Under the pieces are notes generated by a model. The model searched no databases. It was not told where the DNA came from and saw nothing but the letters and a program-made list of their open reading frames with translations. Shown piece by piece: positions 10,351 to 21,661 of a stretch of 64,000 nucleotides of DNA. Origin of the DNA: an uncultured Phocaeicola sp. (GTDB taxonomy: Bacteria > Bacteroidota > Bacteroidia > Bacteroidales > Bacteroidaceae); NCBI GenBank assembly GCA_947581855.1, contig CANPVZ010000011.1, forward strand, positions 11,918 through 75,917, in the 5' to 3' direction. The position numbers and the translations under genes were made by a program. The stretch's first letter is position 1. Every line of letters begins with the position of its first letter.

Positions 10351-11646
10351 ATGCGCATCCGTACTTATTTTATCCTTTTTGTATTACTGATTGCGGTTAA
10401 CTTTATTGTTGTCCGTTGGCATTTCGGGTTCCCGGATTCGGCTGTTAAATACATGTTGCCGTTTCTGTGGCTGTTGACGTTGGCTTGCTTGGTGGGGTTT
10501 TACAAGAAAATTGTAAAGCCGCTTCGTTCGATAGAAATCGGAATGCTTTTGCTGAAGGAACAGGATTTTAGTTCGCGGCTAAGTCCGGTGGGGCAGTATG
10601 ATGTCGATAGAATTGTTCGGATCTTTAACCGGATGATGGACCGATTGAAAAACGAGCGGTTGCGTGTTAGGGAACAGAATCAATTTCTCGACCTCCTGTT
10701 CAATGTTTCCCCGATGGGCATTCTTATTCTCGATCTGGATGGAAATGTTTCATTCATGAATCCCGCCTCTGAACGTCTTCTAGGGGTTTCGTTCGAGCTG
10801 TTGAAAGGAAAAACGTTGGGCGAGCTCCGTTTGGAACTGTCCGAGGTATTGCAGTCTCTGGCTATAGACGAAGTCAAAACAATAAGGCTGAGTGATTCCG
10901 GTATATATAAATGTTCGCACCTGTCTTTTCTTGACAGAGGCTTTCGTCATTCTTTCTATCTTATCGAGCCGTTGACCGAAGAGGTGATGCAAGCCGAAAA
11001 GAAAGCATACGAAAAAGTGATTCGGATGATTGCCCACGAAGTGAATAATACGGTAGCAGGCGTTACCTCCACCTTGGATTCTTTGGATTCAGCCTTGGAA
11101 GAAACGCCCGAAGCGAATGAATTACATGATGTGATTCGAGTGTGTATGGAGCGTTGTTATGGCATGAGCCGTTTCATTACCAATTTTGCAGAGGTGGTGA
11201 AAATACCGGAACCGTCTCTGGCTTTGGTCGATTTGAATGAAGTGGTTACCGCCGGCCGGCAGTTTATGGAGGTTACGTGCAATCTTCATCGCATTGAAAT
11301 TCGTACGGAATTGTCGGATAAGCCCGTGCCGGTACATCTGGATCCCGTTTTGTTTCAGCAGGTATTGATTAATATTGTGAAGAATGCTGTGGAAAGTATT
11401 GGTGAAGACGGAACAATCTTTATTCGTACTGCTTCTTTTCCCCCTTTGTTAGAAATAGCCGATACGGGTCGAGGTATAAGCAAAGAAAATGAAGCAAGGC
11501 TTTTTACTCCTTTCTTTTCTACGAAGCCGAATGGGCAGGGTATTGGTTTGATGCTGATTCGTGAGGTGTTGATGAAACATCGCTGCACTTTCTCACTGCG
11601 TACGGATGCGGAGGGGGTTACACGCTTCTGTATCTGCTTCCGTTAG
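10351..11646 (+). CDS. Sensor histidine kinase (HAMP/PAS/HATPase)
   Basis: Two TMs, H-box IAHEVNN, N-box NIVKNAVE, G-boxes DTGRGI and GQGIGL. Confidence 0.93.
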   Translation: MRIRTYFILFVLLIAVNFIVVRWHFGFPDSAVKYMLPFLWLLTLACLVGFYKKIVKPLRSIEIGMLLLKEQDFSSRLSPVGQYDVDRIVRIFNRMMDRLKNERLRVREQNQFLDLLFNVSPMGILILDLDGNVSFMNPASERLLGVSFELLKGKTLGELRLELSEVLQSLAIDEVKTIRLSDSGIYKCSHLSFLDRGFRHSFYLIEPLTEEVMQAEKKAYEKVIRMIAHEVNNTVAGVTSTLDSLDSALEETPEANELHDVIRVCMERCYGMSRFITNFAEVVKIPEPSLALVDLNEVVTAGRQFMEVTCNLHRIEIRTELSDKPVPVHLDPVLFQQVLINIVKNAVESIGEDGTIFIRTASFPPLLEIADTGRGISKENEARLFTPFFSTKPNGQGIGLMLIREVLMKHRCTFSLRTDAEGVTRFCICFR

Positions 11647-11826
11647 CTCGCTCTGTATTCCGGTTTATGCCACTCCTAGTTGCGTTACGGATGATATCAT
11701 AACTATGTTAACAGTGTAGGAAGGAATTTGTCCGTCTTATTTGGGTAGAGTGTGACTATCAGAGGAAGGTTACTAAATCGGTCATCCCATTTTATTCTTT
11801 CATGCTGAAAAGTTCTCAATAGGGTA

Positions 11827-12675
11827 TTATCCTAATGATATGGTTTCCACCAGAACAGACTGGTTCAGGAAGATAGAAGCAGATTCTTTGAATTTCTCTT
11901 CTGATTCAGTAGTAAAGAAATGGCAATTACCCTGTTTGGTACAGAGGGCGTCCATTTCTGGATGCCGGCGCAGGTAGTCCTGCAAACTTTTTGCCACATA
12001 TTCCCCTTGTGCCACTACAGTAATATTTTGTGGAGTATATTGCCTGATTTTGTTTATGAGCAGTGGATAGTGTGTGCATCCCAGTATCAATGTGTCAATG
12101 TTCGGATCCTTTTTAAGTAAACGCTGGATGTACAATTGAACAAAATAATCGGCACCCGGAGAATTGTATTCGTTGTTTTCAACTAATGAAACCCATAACG
12201 GGCAAGCTTCTCCACTGACCCGGATGTCAGGAAAAAGCTTTTGTATTTCCAATACATACGATTGGGATTTGATGGTTCCGTCTGTTCCTAATATGCCTAC
12301 GTGGCGAGATTGGGTAATGCTTCCTATACATTCGGCTGTAGGACGAATCACTCCCAACACTCTTCGGCGAGGATCTATGAAGGGAAGATCTTTTTGCTGG
12401 ATACTTCGCAATGCTTTGGCAGAAGCGGTGTTGCAAGCAAGGATAATGAGTTGGCATCCCATCTCGAACAGCTTGCGTACGGCTTGCAGCGTGAACTCGT
12501 ATACAATTTCGAAGGAACGGGTTCCGTAAGGTGCACGGGCATTATCACCTAAATAAATATAGTCGTATTCAGGAAGTGTTTCCCGGATACGACTCAATAT
12601 GGTAAGTCCTCCGTAACCCGAATCAAATATACCGATCGGGCCGGCTTCTTGTGACAGTTGCGTGGACGGGTTCAT
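11827..12675 (-). CDS. murI: Glutamate racemase
   Basis: IGIFDSGYGG, ACNTAS, LGCTHYP. Confidence 0.97.
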   Translation of the reverse strand: MNPSTQLSQEAGPIGIFDSGYGGLTILSRIRETLPEYDYIYLGDNARAPYGTRSFEIVYEFTLQAVRKLFEMGCQLIILACNTASAKALRSIQQKDLPFIDPRRRVLGVIRPTAECIGSITQSRHVGILGTDGTIKSQSYVLEIQKLFPDIRVSGEACPLWVSLVENNEYNSPGADYFVQLYIQRLLKKDPNIDTLILGCTHYPLLINKIRQYTPQNITVVAQGEYVAKSLQDYLRRHPEMDALCTKQGNCHFFTTESEEKFKESASIFLNQSVLVETISLG

Positions 12676-13232
12676 TCGTTTATGACATTTCCTTTAATTC
12701 CGAGTTTGTTTTTTACTTCTTGGGTAATATCCATGCCATATAATGTATTGATGTACGGATAAGTATTGTTATCGGTATTCAGGATATATTCGAATCCATG
12801 TTGTGTACCGATAGTGTTGAGTACTGTATTCAACTTTGTGGTAACAGGCTCCGTCATCTTTTGTTGAGCCTCGTTCAGCAGCTTCTTTATTTCATCCTTA
12901 AATTCGATACTCTTTTCCATGAGCTGTTGTAGCTCTTTCTGTCTTCTCATCAAAATAGTCTCGGGAAAATCTTTTTGGTCTTGAAGGAATTCCGCATATT
13001 TTTTGTTAAACTCTTCGTCTGCACGTTTTATTTCCGCCTCATATTTCGATTTTAAGATATTCAGGCTCTCTTGTGCGTCGGCATATTCCGGCATAGACTT
13101 GAATACTTCCGTATAACTGAGGTATCCGAATTTGGGTTGTACAACAGGATTTTGTTGGATAGGTAATACTGTCTGAGCCAATAGATTTACAGGTATCACA
13201 AATAACGTAATAAGCAGAATCTTTTTCAACAT
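12672..13232 (-). CDS. OmpH/Skp outer membrane chaperone (paralog 3)
   Basis: Signal peptide, KFGYLSY..F..MPEY, coiled coil, YILN...DIT..VK..LG. Confidence 0.85.
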   Translation of the reverse strand: MLKKILLITLFVIPVNLLAQTVLPIQQNPVVQPKFGYLSYTEVFKSMPEYADAQESLNILKSKYEAEIKRADEEFNKKYAEFLQDQKDFPETILMRRQKELQQLMEKSIEFKDEIKKLLNEAQQKMTEPVTTKLNTVLNTIGTQHGFEYILNTDNNTYPYINTLYGMDITQEVKNKLGIKGNVINE

Positions 13233-13431
13233 AGCTTAGGATATTTAATTGATATTGATTTCTTCCATCCGCAAAAACAGTGCAAACGTAGGCAGAATGA
13301 TCGAAATAGTCCGAATGTGAGTCGAATGCAATCTCTTTTCGCTTTTTGCAAAAATAAATAATATCGGTTGAATAATCAAGAAAATAGAAGTGATAAGAAA
13401 ATAAATTGACCATCTGTCAGAACATAGATTA

Positions 13432-13476
13432 ACGCGGGTTCCCGCAGATTATATAATTTTCTGCGAAAACCCGCGT
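13432..13476. terminator. GC-rich hairpin between ompH paralogs (probable terminator)
   Basis: ACGCGGGTT-CC-CGCAGA...TCTGCG-AA-AACCCGCGT inverted repeat. Confidence 0.55.
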
Positions 13477-13508
13477 CCATCTGCGCTCTTATTTTAATTA
13501 AATTGTCA

Positions 13509-14012
13509 TTATTTGATGCCTAATTTAGCTTTAACAGCTTCTGTTACATCTGTGCTGAGTGTTTCGCTTACATAAGGAACACCATTTGTGATATCGAGGA
13601 TATATACATAACCTCCGGCAACACCTACTTCTTTAATAGCTTTTTCCATCTTTTCGCTGATAGCAGCTAATTTTTCCTGAGAAGCTTTTTGCAAATTCTG
13701 ATTGCTTTCCTGTGCGTATTGTTGTAAACGTGCATAAAGTTCTTGCAATTCTTTTTCTCTTCTTTCCTTTACGGGAGCAGGTAAAGTATCTTTTTGTTTT
13801 TCGTATTCGTCACCTTTCTTTTGAAGTTCATCTTGCATGATTTTCATCTCTCCCTCAAATTGTGTCTGCAAATCTTTCAGTTCGCTTTGCGCTTTGGTAT
13901 ACTCAGGCATTACTTGCAGGATAGCAGCCGGGTTTACGTGACCGAATTTCTGTTGTGCGAAAGCACCCATAGGAATGGCTAATAAAGCCATCAAAATAAA
14001 TCTTTTAAGCAT
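13509..14012 (-). CDS. OmpH/Skp outer membrane chaperone (paralog 2)
   Basis: AQQKFGHVN...MPEY, YVYILD...DVTEAVKAKLG. Confidence 0.9.
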   Translation of the reverse strand: MLKRFILMALLAIPMGAFAQQKFGHVNPAAILQVMPEYTKAQSELKDLQTQFEGEMKIMQDELQKKGDEYEKQKDTLPAPVKERREKELQELYARLQQYAQESNQNLQKASQEKLAAISEKMEKAIKEVGVAGGYVYILDITNGVPYVSETLSTDVTEAVKAKLGIK

Positions 14013-14067
14013 AATTCTATTATTAGTTAATTGTTATTACGTTAGTTACGCCTGCAAAGGTATGAAA

Positions 14068-14592
14068 TTAATTTGAATATCCTAATCTTGCCAGCACCTC
14101 ATCGCTGATGTCGATACTGGGAGACGCAAAAATAATACTGGTATCGGAAGCTCTATCCAACACTAAGGAATAACCTTTTTGTGTAGAGATGCTTTTTACC
14201 GCATTATATATTTGGTCTTGGATAGGAGCTATCAAACTTTCTCTTTGCTTATAGAGTTCTCCCTCAGGTCCGAAATATTTTCTACGTAAATCGTTAGCTT
14301 GTTTTTCTTTCGCTACAATCGCTTCTTCTTTTTGTCTTTTCTGTGCATTGGAAAGCGATTGGGCTGTATTTTGGTAATTTTCATACAAGGCTTTGGCTTC
14401 GTTGGTTACAGCTTCCACTTCGCTTTGCCATTTTTTTGAGGAAGCTTCCATTTCACTGTTTGCCCGTTCATAGGCAGGAATATGAGTCAGGATATATTCC
14501 ATGTCGATCAATGCAAATTTTTGCGCGTGTGCTGCTATAGCCAGCACGCAACAAAATAACGTTAAAGTAGCAAATCTTTTCATCATAGCCAT
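14068..14592 (-). CDS. OmpH/Skp outer membrane chaperone (paralog 1)
   Basis: AQKFALIDMEYIL, YFGPEGEL, LVLDR...DISDEVL; directly downstream of bamA. Confidence 0.9.
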   Translation of the reverse strand: MAMMKRFATLTLFCCVLAIAAHAQKFALIDMEYILTHIPAYERANSEMEASSKKWQSEVEAVTNEAKALYENYQNTAQSLSNAQKRQKEEAIVAKEKQANDLRRKYFGPEGELYKQRESLIAPIQDQIYNAVKSISTQKGYSLVLDRASDTSIIFASPSIDISDEVLARLGYSN

Positions 14593-14604
14593 TTAGTTTT
14601 GAGT

Positions 14605-17265
14605 TTAGAATTCTTGTCCGATAATGAAGTGGAATTGGCTTCCGCTATATTGTGTAGAACCGAATACTTTATCAAATCCATATGCCCAGTCGATACCCAT
14701 CATACCAATCATCGGCAGGAAGATACGTACACCTACACCGGCAGAGCGTTTCATGTCGAACGGATTGAATTTCTTTACATCCGTCCAGGCATTACCACCT
14801 TCTGCAAAAGCTAACGCATAAATGCTGGTAGATGTTTCGAGCATAATAGGGTATCTTAATTCGAGACCTAAGCGTGAATAAGCATATCCTTCGTAGCCGT
14901 AAGGAGTCAGTGCACCGTTCTCATATCCGCGCAGACCGATAGTTTCGGTGGCATAGCTGCTGGAATATCCGGTCATACCGTCACCTCCTACATAGAATGT
15001 TTCGAAGGGAGATTTTTTGTATTTGTTATAGCTTCCTAACAATCCAAATTCAACACGGGTCATCAATACCGGGCATTTGTTACCACCTGTAAGGGCGGTA
15101 TACATCTTTCCTTTGAATTTCCATTTGTGGTATTCCACCCATTTGTATTTCTTCTTCATGTCGTCTTCATAATGCGGATCGCTCGTACTGGTTGCCAGAT
15201 TTTTGTAGTCGATATTATCGAACATGGAATAAGGCGGTGTAAATTGTACAGACAGCGAGAAATCAGATCCGCTTCTCGGGAATATCGGATTATCCGAGGA
15301 ACTTCGCGCCAATGTCAGCCCAAAGCTGATATTATTACATTTACCGTTAGCGATAAGGAAATATTGCCAGTCTTTCAGAACATAACGCTGATAGGACATT
15401 TCCGCTGTCAGTGTGAAGTAATCATCGGGCCATCTCAAACGTTTTCCCCAACCGATAGACAATCCATACAACTGAACCGATTTGTCGGGGTCGTAGTACG
15501 AATCCATGTTATAGCCGTAATAACTACTATTATAGTTTCCGTATCCGTACATATAGTTGTAATAGCTGTTGTAGAATGACGAATTATAATAGTTGTCATT
15601 TACGTCAGTTTGTTTAGAATAAAAAGCCGTAATCGAGAATTGATTCGGACGTTTTCCACCAAACCACGGATCGAAGAACGATACACTGTATGACTGGTAG
15701 TAGCTACCGTTCGTTTGTCCGCTAATGGTTAAAGTCTGTCCGTCGCCTTGAGGAAGAATACCTCTGCGGTTATCGTTTTTGGAGAACAGGTTCTTCAAGG
15801 AGAAATTAGTGAATTTCAGACTCAATTTACCAATAACGCCTGTTTGTCCCCAACCTGCAGAGAACTCTATCTGGTCATTTGCTTTCGATTCCAAAATGTA
15901 GTTGATATCTACCGTTCCGTTTTGCGCATCGGGTTCTACCTTTGGATTAATGGTTTCCGGATTGAAATGACCCATCTGAGCCAATTCGCGGTATGAACGT
16001 TCCAAAGCTGCTTTGCTGAACAAGTCTCCCGGGCGGGTACGCAATTCACGGCGGACGATGTCTTCATACAAACGGTCGTTACCGGTGATTCTTACCCGAT
16101 TGATGGTTGCCTGCGGGCCTTCTATCATACGCATTTCCAAATCGATGGAATCGTTATCTACGTTTACTTCTACCGGCTCGACGTTAAAGAATACGTAACC
16201 TTGATTGTAATAGTAATTGCCGATAGCGTCCTCATCTTCTGTAATACGCTCGTTTAGCAACTTTTGGTTATATACATCGCCTTTTTTCATACGCAGGTTT
16301 TCATTCAACCATTCTGAGGGGTAAACCGTGTTACCTACCCATGAAATGTTACGTACATAGTATTTATCCCCTTCTTCTATGCGCAGAAAGATGTCAACGG
16401 TATTTTCATCGTAGTTCGTCACACTGTCTGTTACGATAATAGCGTCACGATAACCTAATTCGTTGTATTTTTTAATAATGTTTTCTTTGTCCTCTTCGTA
16501 TTTTTCTTGAATAAACTTCTTGGTTTTGAAGATGTTAACGAGCTTATTCTTCTCATTCGTTTTTTTCATGAGACGTTTAATCTTCTTGTCGCTCAAAGCG
16601 GTGTTGCCTTCGATGGTAATTTGGTGGACTTTCACCTTCTCTTTTTTATCGATATTTACATCGATGATTACCTGATTCTTATTATTCGGGTCGTCCCGCT
16701 GAACTACAAATACGTCTGCGTTTTTGAATCCTTTCTCATCGAAATACCTTTTTACGAGCAGCTTGGCACGATCAATCAGGTTAGGAGTAATTTGTCCGCC
16801 TTTAGCTAAACCCAATTTCGCTTCCAAGTCTTCACGTTCCGACTTCTTCACTCCGTTATAGTGGATGTCCGAAACTCTTGGGCGTTGGGCCAATATGATA
16901 TTTAAATATACTTTGTTGTCTACAATACTGTCTGCCTCGATTCGTGCTTGTGAGAACAATCCGTGACGCCAATACCGACGGATAGCCTGCGTGATTTCTT
17001 CGCCCGGAACGGAAATTGTTTGTCCTACTGATAAACCGGATAAACCGATCAATACATAATCTTCATATCCTTCGCCTCCTGTTACCCGTATACCGCCGAT
17101 TTCGCATTTGCGGGGTGTGCCGGAGTAAAGAATTACCGGTTTGGAATCTTTATCGTCTGTATTCTGTGCTTGTCCGTTTTCGGGAATAAAGCTCATGCAA
17201 ATAAGCAATAATAAACTTATTGTTATTTGGAATCTGAATGTAAGTACTGAAAATGTTTTCATCAC
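14605..17265 (-). CDS. bamA: Outer membrane protein assembly factor BamA
   Basis: POTRA repeats, LRGY loop-6 motif, C-terminal FHFIIGQEF; uppS-bamA-ompH synteny. Confidence 0.95.
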   Translation of the reverse strand: MMKTFSVLTFRFQITISLLLLICMSFIPENGQAQNTDDKDSKPVILYSGTPRKCEIGGIRVTGGEGYEDYVLIGLSGLSVGQTISVPGEEITQAIRRYWRHGLFSQARIEADSIVDNKVYLNIILAQRPRVSDIHYNGVKKSEREDLEAKLGLAKGGQITPNLIDRAKLLVKRYFDEKGFKNADVFVVQRDDPNNKNQVIIDVNIDKKEKVKVHQITIEGNTALSDKKIKRLMKKTNEKNKLVNIFKTKKFIQEKYEEDKENIIKKYNELGYRDAIIVTDSVTNYDENTVDIFLRIEEGDKYYVRNISWVGNTVYPSEWLNENLRMKKGDVYNQKLLNERITEDEDAIGNYYYNQGYVFFNVEPVEVNVDNDSIDLEMRMIEGPQATINRVRITGNDRLYEDIVRRELRTRPGDLFSKAALERSYRELAQMGHFNPETINPKVEPDAQNGTVDINYILESKANDQIEFSAGWGQTGVIGKLSLKFTNFSLKNLFSKNDNRRGILPQGDGQTLTISGQTNGSYYQSYSVSFFDPWFGGKRPNQFSITAFYSKQTDVNDNYYNSSFYNSYYNYMYGYGNYNSSYYGYNMDSYYDPDKSVQLYGLSIGWGKRLRWPDDYFTLTAEMSYQRYVLKDWQYFLIANGKCNNISFGLTLARSSSDNPIFPRSGSDFSLSVQFTPPYSMFDNIDYKNLATSTSDPHYEDDMKKKYKWVEYHKWKFKGKMYTALTGGNKCPVLMTRVEFGLLGSYNKYKKSPFETFYVGGDGMTGYSSSYATETIGLRGYENGALTPYGYEGYAYSRLGLELRYPIMLETSTSIYALAFAEGGNAWTDVKKFNPFDMKRSAGVGVRIFLPMIGMMGIDWAYGFDKVFGSTQYSGSQFHFIIGQEF

Positions 17266-17278
17266 TGCATGTTAATCG

Positions 17279-18019
17279 TTAATCGTTGACTATTTGTTCG
17301 CTGGTTTTACCGAAACGGCGTTCTCTCTTTTGAAATTCACAAATAGCTTTATAGAATTCTTCGTCCTGGAAATCAGGCCAAAAAGTATCACAAAAATAAA
17401 GTTCGGAATAAGCGCATTGCCATAAAAGATAGTTGCTTAGCCGGATCTCTCCTCCCGTGCGGATTAATAAATCCGGATCGGGCATAAATTGCGTAGTTAA
17501 ATGAGCGGCAATCAACTCTTCATTGATTTGATTCGTATTGATCTGTTTATCTGCAACCTGTTGTGCGATTTGTTTGACTGCTTCGGTTATTTCCCATTTA
17601 GAAGAATAACTAAGCGCCAGAACCAGACACATTCGGGTGTTTTTGGAGGTATGTTCCATGCATTCGCTCAGTTTCTCCCGAACCTTTTGCGGGAGTCGTT
17701 GCATATCTCCTATCACTCGGAAACTGACATTGTTCTTCATAAAAGTTTCTTCTTCTATGGAGTGGAAAAGAAGAGACATTAATGCTGTAACCTCTTCTTC
17801 GGGTCTGTTCCAATTTTCCGTGGAGAATGTATACAGAGTCAGATATTTAACTCCGATGGATGCCGCCGTTTCAACGATCTTTCGAACCGTTTCGGCTCCT
17901 TGTTGATGCCCATAGCTCCGATGGTGCCCGTGTTGTTTGGCCCATCGTCCGTTGCCGTCCATGATGATTGCTACATGCTGAGGAACTTTATTGGCGTCTA
18001 TTTGGTCTTTATATAGCAT
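17279..18019 (-). CDS. uppS: Undecaprenyl diphosphate synthase (isoprenyl transferase)
   Basis: [41 protein letters not shown]; start placed at MLYKDQ (18019). Confidence 0.96.
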   Translation of the reverse strand: MLYKDQIDANKVPQHVAIIMDGNGRWAKQHGHHRSYGHQQGAETVRKIVETAASIGVKYLTLYTFSTENWNRPEEEVTALMSLLFHSIEEETFMKNNVSFRVIGDMQRLPQKVREKLSECMEHTSKNTRMCLVLALSYSSKWEITEAVKQIAQQVADKQINTNQINEELIAAHLTTQFMPDPDLLIRTGGEIRLSNYLLWQCAYSELYFCDTFWPDFQDEEFYKAICEFQKRERRFGKTSEQIVND

Positions 18020-18047
18020 ATTTATCGTGTAATAATAGAGGTAACCT

Positions 18048-19418
18048 TTATTCTTGCACTCCGACAAATCCTAAACGGTTGATTTTTCCTTTCCATACAT
18101 CGTTGCTTCCACTCCACATAATCCAAATGAAGTTATCGGAATCGACTAAATAGGAGAAGTAACCGGTGCGATCGATGAATTCTTCGGGGAGCATAACTTT
18201 GCTTGTTTTCTTTTTCCATGTAATACCATGGTCTAGAGATTCATAAAGAACTGAAAATGGCTTTATTTGCCATGTCGTTGTGTAGTCTTTTTCGCCACCG
18301 AACGCATAAAGGTTGTCATCGTAATGGATTACAGCCAGTTCTTTTAGTTTCGGACAGCCGTATGCGTTGTCGGCAGATTGGTGATAACGTGTCCATGTGT
18401 TTTCTGTAGAAAGCTTGCTCCATACAACAGCCGTCGTATCGCTTGATACGTTTCTTTCTCCTATTACGATTAATCGTTCGATCTTAGAGTTTGTAGGTAA
18501 TTTACATATTGAATAAGATACGTTCCGTGTAGGGAAATATTCTGTGGCATTTTCTTGTTCCGTCCAAGTCACAGCATTTTCCGATTCTACTATCTTTTGT
18601 TCGCTGATTCCGTATAGATGTGTAGATGAAGCTGCAAATAGTTGGGTAAATGTACGGTCTGTAGTTACTTCGCTCCAGTCTGTTCCGTTAGAAGACGAAT
18701 ATAACTTGTTCTTGGCTAAAATATATAACTGATTATTGAATGCAATAGCAGAGGAATAGTCGGCCTCGTCAATGCCGATGTTTTGTAGAGGGGTCCAAGT
18801 CTTTCCGTCGGTCATGCCGGTAGAAGTAACTTGTACTTGATTCCCGTTTTCTGCGAACACATATATGTTGTCTTGAAAAAGAACCGCTTTTTGACGACTG
18901 CCGGCTTGTACGCTGAAGTTAGTACCTTTCAGTTGAGTCCATTGTAACGAGTCGGGATCTTGTTTATGTACATTGATTTGTGCGGTATACGAGCGGAATG
19001 TTCCGTCGTATGCATAAACCTTGAAGTTTACCGGTCTGGTAAAATCCAGCGAATCCGCACTAGTCCAAAGTGTATCTTTCTGGTTCTTTTCGTAAACCAC
19101 TGAATATCCGATTATGCTGAGGTTGACAGACACTTTCCTGACATCCGTGCCTGCAGGTAATGAGTCGGTATTGTAAATACGGTTTTCGTTTTGATTAATA
19201 GTAAACTTATACTTACTACCTATAGTGGTGACAATGATAGTCGTGTCTTTCCCTGCGGCTGTCTTAGAAGCAACTTCTGTTTTTATATCATTGATAGAAA
19301 ATGCTGAAATAAGTGCATCGGAACTAAATTCGTATGTCGTGTCATCATCGTCTAAGCACGAAGAAAAAAGAAATGGTACTGCTAATAAACTAATGATTGC
19401 GTATAATGTCTTTCTCAT
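18048..19418 (-). CDS. DUF6242-like lipoprotein (beta-propeller C-terminus)
   Basis: Lipobox FSSC followed by acidic LDDDD; IYNTDSLP and [12 protein letters not shown] motifs; usual position upstream of uppS in Bacteroides. Confidence 0.75.
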   Translation of the reverse strand: MRKTLYAIISLLAVPFLFSSCLDDDDTTYEFSSDALISAFSINDIKTEVASKTAAGKDTTIIVTTIGSKYKFTINQNENRIYNTDSLPAGTDVRKVSVNLSIIGYSVVYEKNQKDTLWTSADSLDFTRPVNFKVYAYDGTFRSYTAQINVHKQDPDSLQWTQLKGTNFSVQAGSRQKAVLFQDNIYVFAENGNQVQVTSTGMTDGKTWTPLQNIGIDEADYSSAIAFNNQLYILAKNKLYSSSNGTDWSEVTTDRTFTQLFAASSTHLYGISEQKIVESENAVTWTEQENATEYFPTRNVSYSICKLPTNSKIERLIVIGERNVSSDTTAVVWSKLSTENTWTRYHQSADNAYGCPKLKELAVIHYDDNLYAFGGEKDYTTTWQIKPFSVLYESLDHGITWKKKTSKVMLPEEFIDRTGYFSYLVDSDNFIWIMWSGSNDVWKGKINRLGFVGVQE

Positions 19419-20585
19419 TTAAACTATAAATTGTGATTTACAAGTTGCAAAAATAGAAACAATTTTTTCTATATCGAACAAACTCAAGAAGTTTTATACA
19501 AATTTATAGATAAAACATCCTAATTTGTCTGCATTAGGCTAAAATTAGAGTGCCTTATAAGAGTAATTTTTTTCTTTCAACACTGATTAACTTAGATTTA
19601 TTGACTCGCCCGGTAAGCGATGGAATGGAACTACAGACGAATTGTTAATAAATAGGCGGAATCCTCCCTGGAAAATTTACATTTCCTAACACGAATGGTT
19701 GCGATGAAAACAATTCTTTTTGCCTCTATCTCGAATGAACGATTCTTCAGAGGGAATGATTTTAAAGAATTGCAATATAAACAAATGTGAAAAAAAGGAG
19801 GTGAATGGGAGCAGCGTCTTTTAAGATTGGGCGTAACTTCTGCTGAATAGCAGACATTGCGCTGTAGAATTATTACCGGAACGTAGAAGAGGTTTTTACT
19901 GTAATTCTACTGCGCTGCACTCAAATCTCTGCTGAATAATGGGAAAAGTTAGGGCGCGCGACACTCCATGAAGCCAATACTTTCTGTTTTTAACCTTTTA
20001 ATAGTTAATGTACGTGAAGAAAGAATTAGGGAAAGTTCTTAAAACAGGATGTCGGAAGGAATGCCTCTTTTGTTCGCTAAGGGTTGCTTTAGAGGAGTTG
20101 AACTTCTAACTGTTTGAAACACAGTATGTCTCTCTTTACTCCGAAACTTCTGTTTTCCGGCTTTGGAACACTGCTTTTAAGTGAAATGATAATCTGTTAG
20201 AAGTCAGCACTTTATCCGAATTGGAAGAAATGGTCTTCAAGGATATGTGTTAAAGCATGTATTCTACTGTTAATCCGTCTGAGACCGATTGTGCTCTCTT
20301 CCATAATGCTGCGAACCGATTCTTATTTCATAGAAGGATTGTGCTAAGGTCGTACCGTTATTGAATTTTAATTGTCCGAAAATATCTTCAGACGGTTTGT
20401 TTGATAGAAGAAACGATATCTATTTTTACTTTAATGTTATGGTTCTTCTTTTGCAGATTAGCTTTGTGTTTTCCGAAATGTGTCTTTATGAATTTATTTA
20501 TTTGGTAGCATGGTAATGTAAGAAGTGGTAAACTATTGATTCCGCATTCTCTTTATCGTGGTTTTAGCCTTGTAAGGAACAGGTT

Positions 20586-21626
20586 CTAATGAAACTGCTC
20601 ATAATGGAAAAATGTATGTCCAAAATGCAATTCTATTTCAGGCATTTCCTGAATTCGGCATTCGGGAGCTTTGACGCCCGATCGCAATAGGGCAGGCGCT
20701 TTTTCAATAAAAATTTCGTCCCATAATCCGGCATCGAGAAAGCTTTGTAAAAGTATCCTGCCTCCCTCTACTAACAAACTTTGAATGTTTCGTTTGTACA
20801 GAATCTCTAAGATTTGGGGTAAAATGTCGTGTTGAAAATCCAGTTGGATGTATTCCCTATTTGAGGAAGAAGCGCATTCTTTTTCTGTGAAAATCCATGT
20901 GGGCACTTCTTTATCAAATAGTTTTAAATGAGGCGGCAGAGATAAATACCTGTCGATGACCAGCCTGATGGGGTGGTTGCCGGACCAACTGCGTATGGTT
21001 AATGAGGGATTGTCTAGTTGTGCAGTGCTCCGTCCTACCAATATGCTTTTGTTTTCGGCTCTTTTTTTGTGTACCAACATTTGTGTCAGGGGATTGGATA
21101 AACTATACGGATGTCCGCTAGTTCGTTCCAAGTCGATAAAGCCATCGGAAGACTCTGCCCATTTCAGGGTGATGTAAGGACGCTTTGACACATTGAAAGT
21201 AATAAACCGACGGTTGAGGCGGAGGCATTCTTTTTCCAATACACCCACAGTCACCTTTATACCGGCATCCCGTAATTTTTGTATTCCCCTTCCGGAAACT
21301 TTGGAAAAAGGATCAACACAACCTACTACCACTCTTGGAATTTGTTTTTCGATAATCAAATCTGCGCAAGGCGGAGTCTTTCCGTAATGAGAACAAGGTT
21401 CCAAGCTAACATATATTGTTGATTCCCGTAGTAGTTCCGGTTCTTTTACGGAACGGATGGCGTTCACTTCCGCATGTGCTTCTCCACATCGAATGTGATA
21501 GCCTTCGCCTATGATGCGGTGATGGTGGACAATTACTGCACCGACCATAGGGTTGGGGGCTGCGTGAGAATATCCGTTTTTTGCCAATTGGAGGCAACGG
21601 GACATATATTTTTCGTCTTCGTTCAT
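20586..21626 (-). CDS. ribD: Riboflavin biosynthesis deaminase/reductase RibD
   Basis: PNPMVGAVIV, HAEVNA, LEPCSHYGKTPPCA, LLVEGG. Confidence 0.96.
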   Translation of the reverse strand: MNEDEKYMSRCLQLAKNGYSHAAPNPMVGAVIVHHHRIIGEGYHIRCGEAHAEVNAIRSVKEPELLRESTIYVSLEPCSHYGKTPPCADLIIEKQIPRVVVGCVDPFSKVSGRGIQKLRDAGIKVTVGVLEKECLRLNRRFITFNVSKRPYITLKWAESSDGFIDLERTSGHPYSLSNPLTQMLVHKKRAENKSILVGRSTAQLDNPSLTIRSWSGNHPIRLVIDRYLSLPPHLKLFDKEVPTWIFTEKECASSSNREYIQLDFQHDILPQILEILYKRNIQSLLVEGGRILLQSFLDAGLWDEIFIEKAPALLRSGVKAPECRIQEMPEIELHFGHTFFHYEQFH

Positions 21627-21661
21627 TTTTTATGATTTTATTTGTCTACTTTTGCGCGGTT

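Noticed and set aside
12672-14592. Three tandem ompH/skp genes as a novelty
   Set aside because: Multiple ompH copies after bamA are common in Bacteroidales
20102-20204. 9-bp inverted repeat ACTTCTAAC/GTTAGAAGT as an invertible promoter
   Set aside because: Short enough to occur by chance, no clear TAnnTTTG box between the repeats and no adjacent invertase
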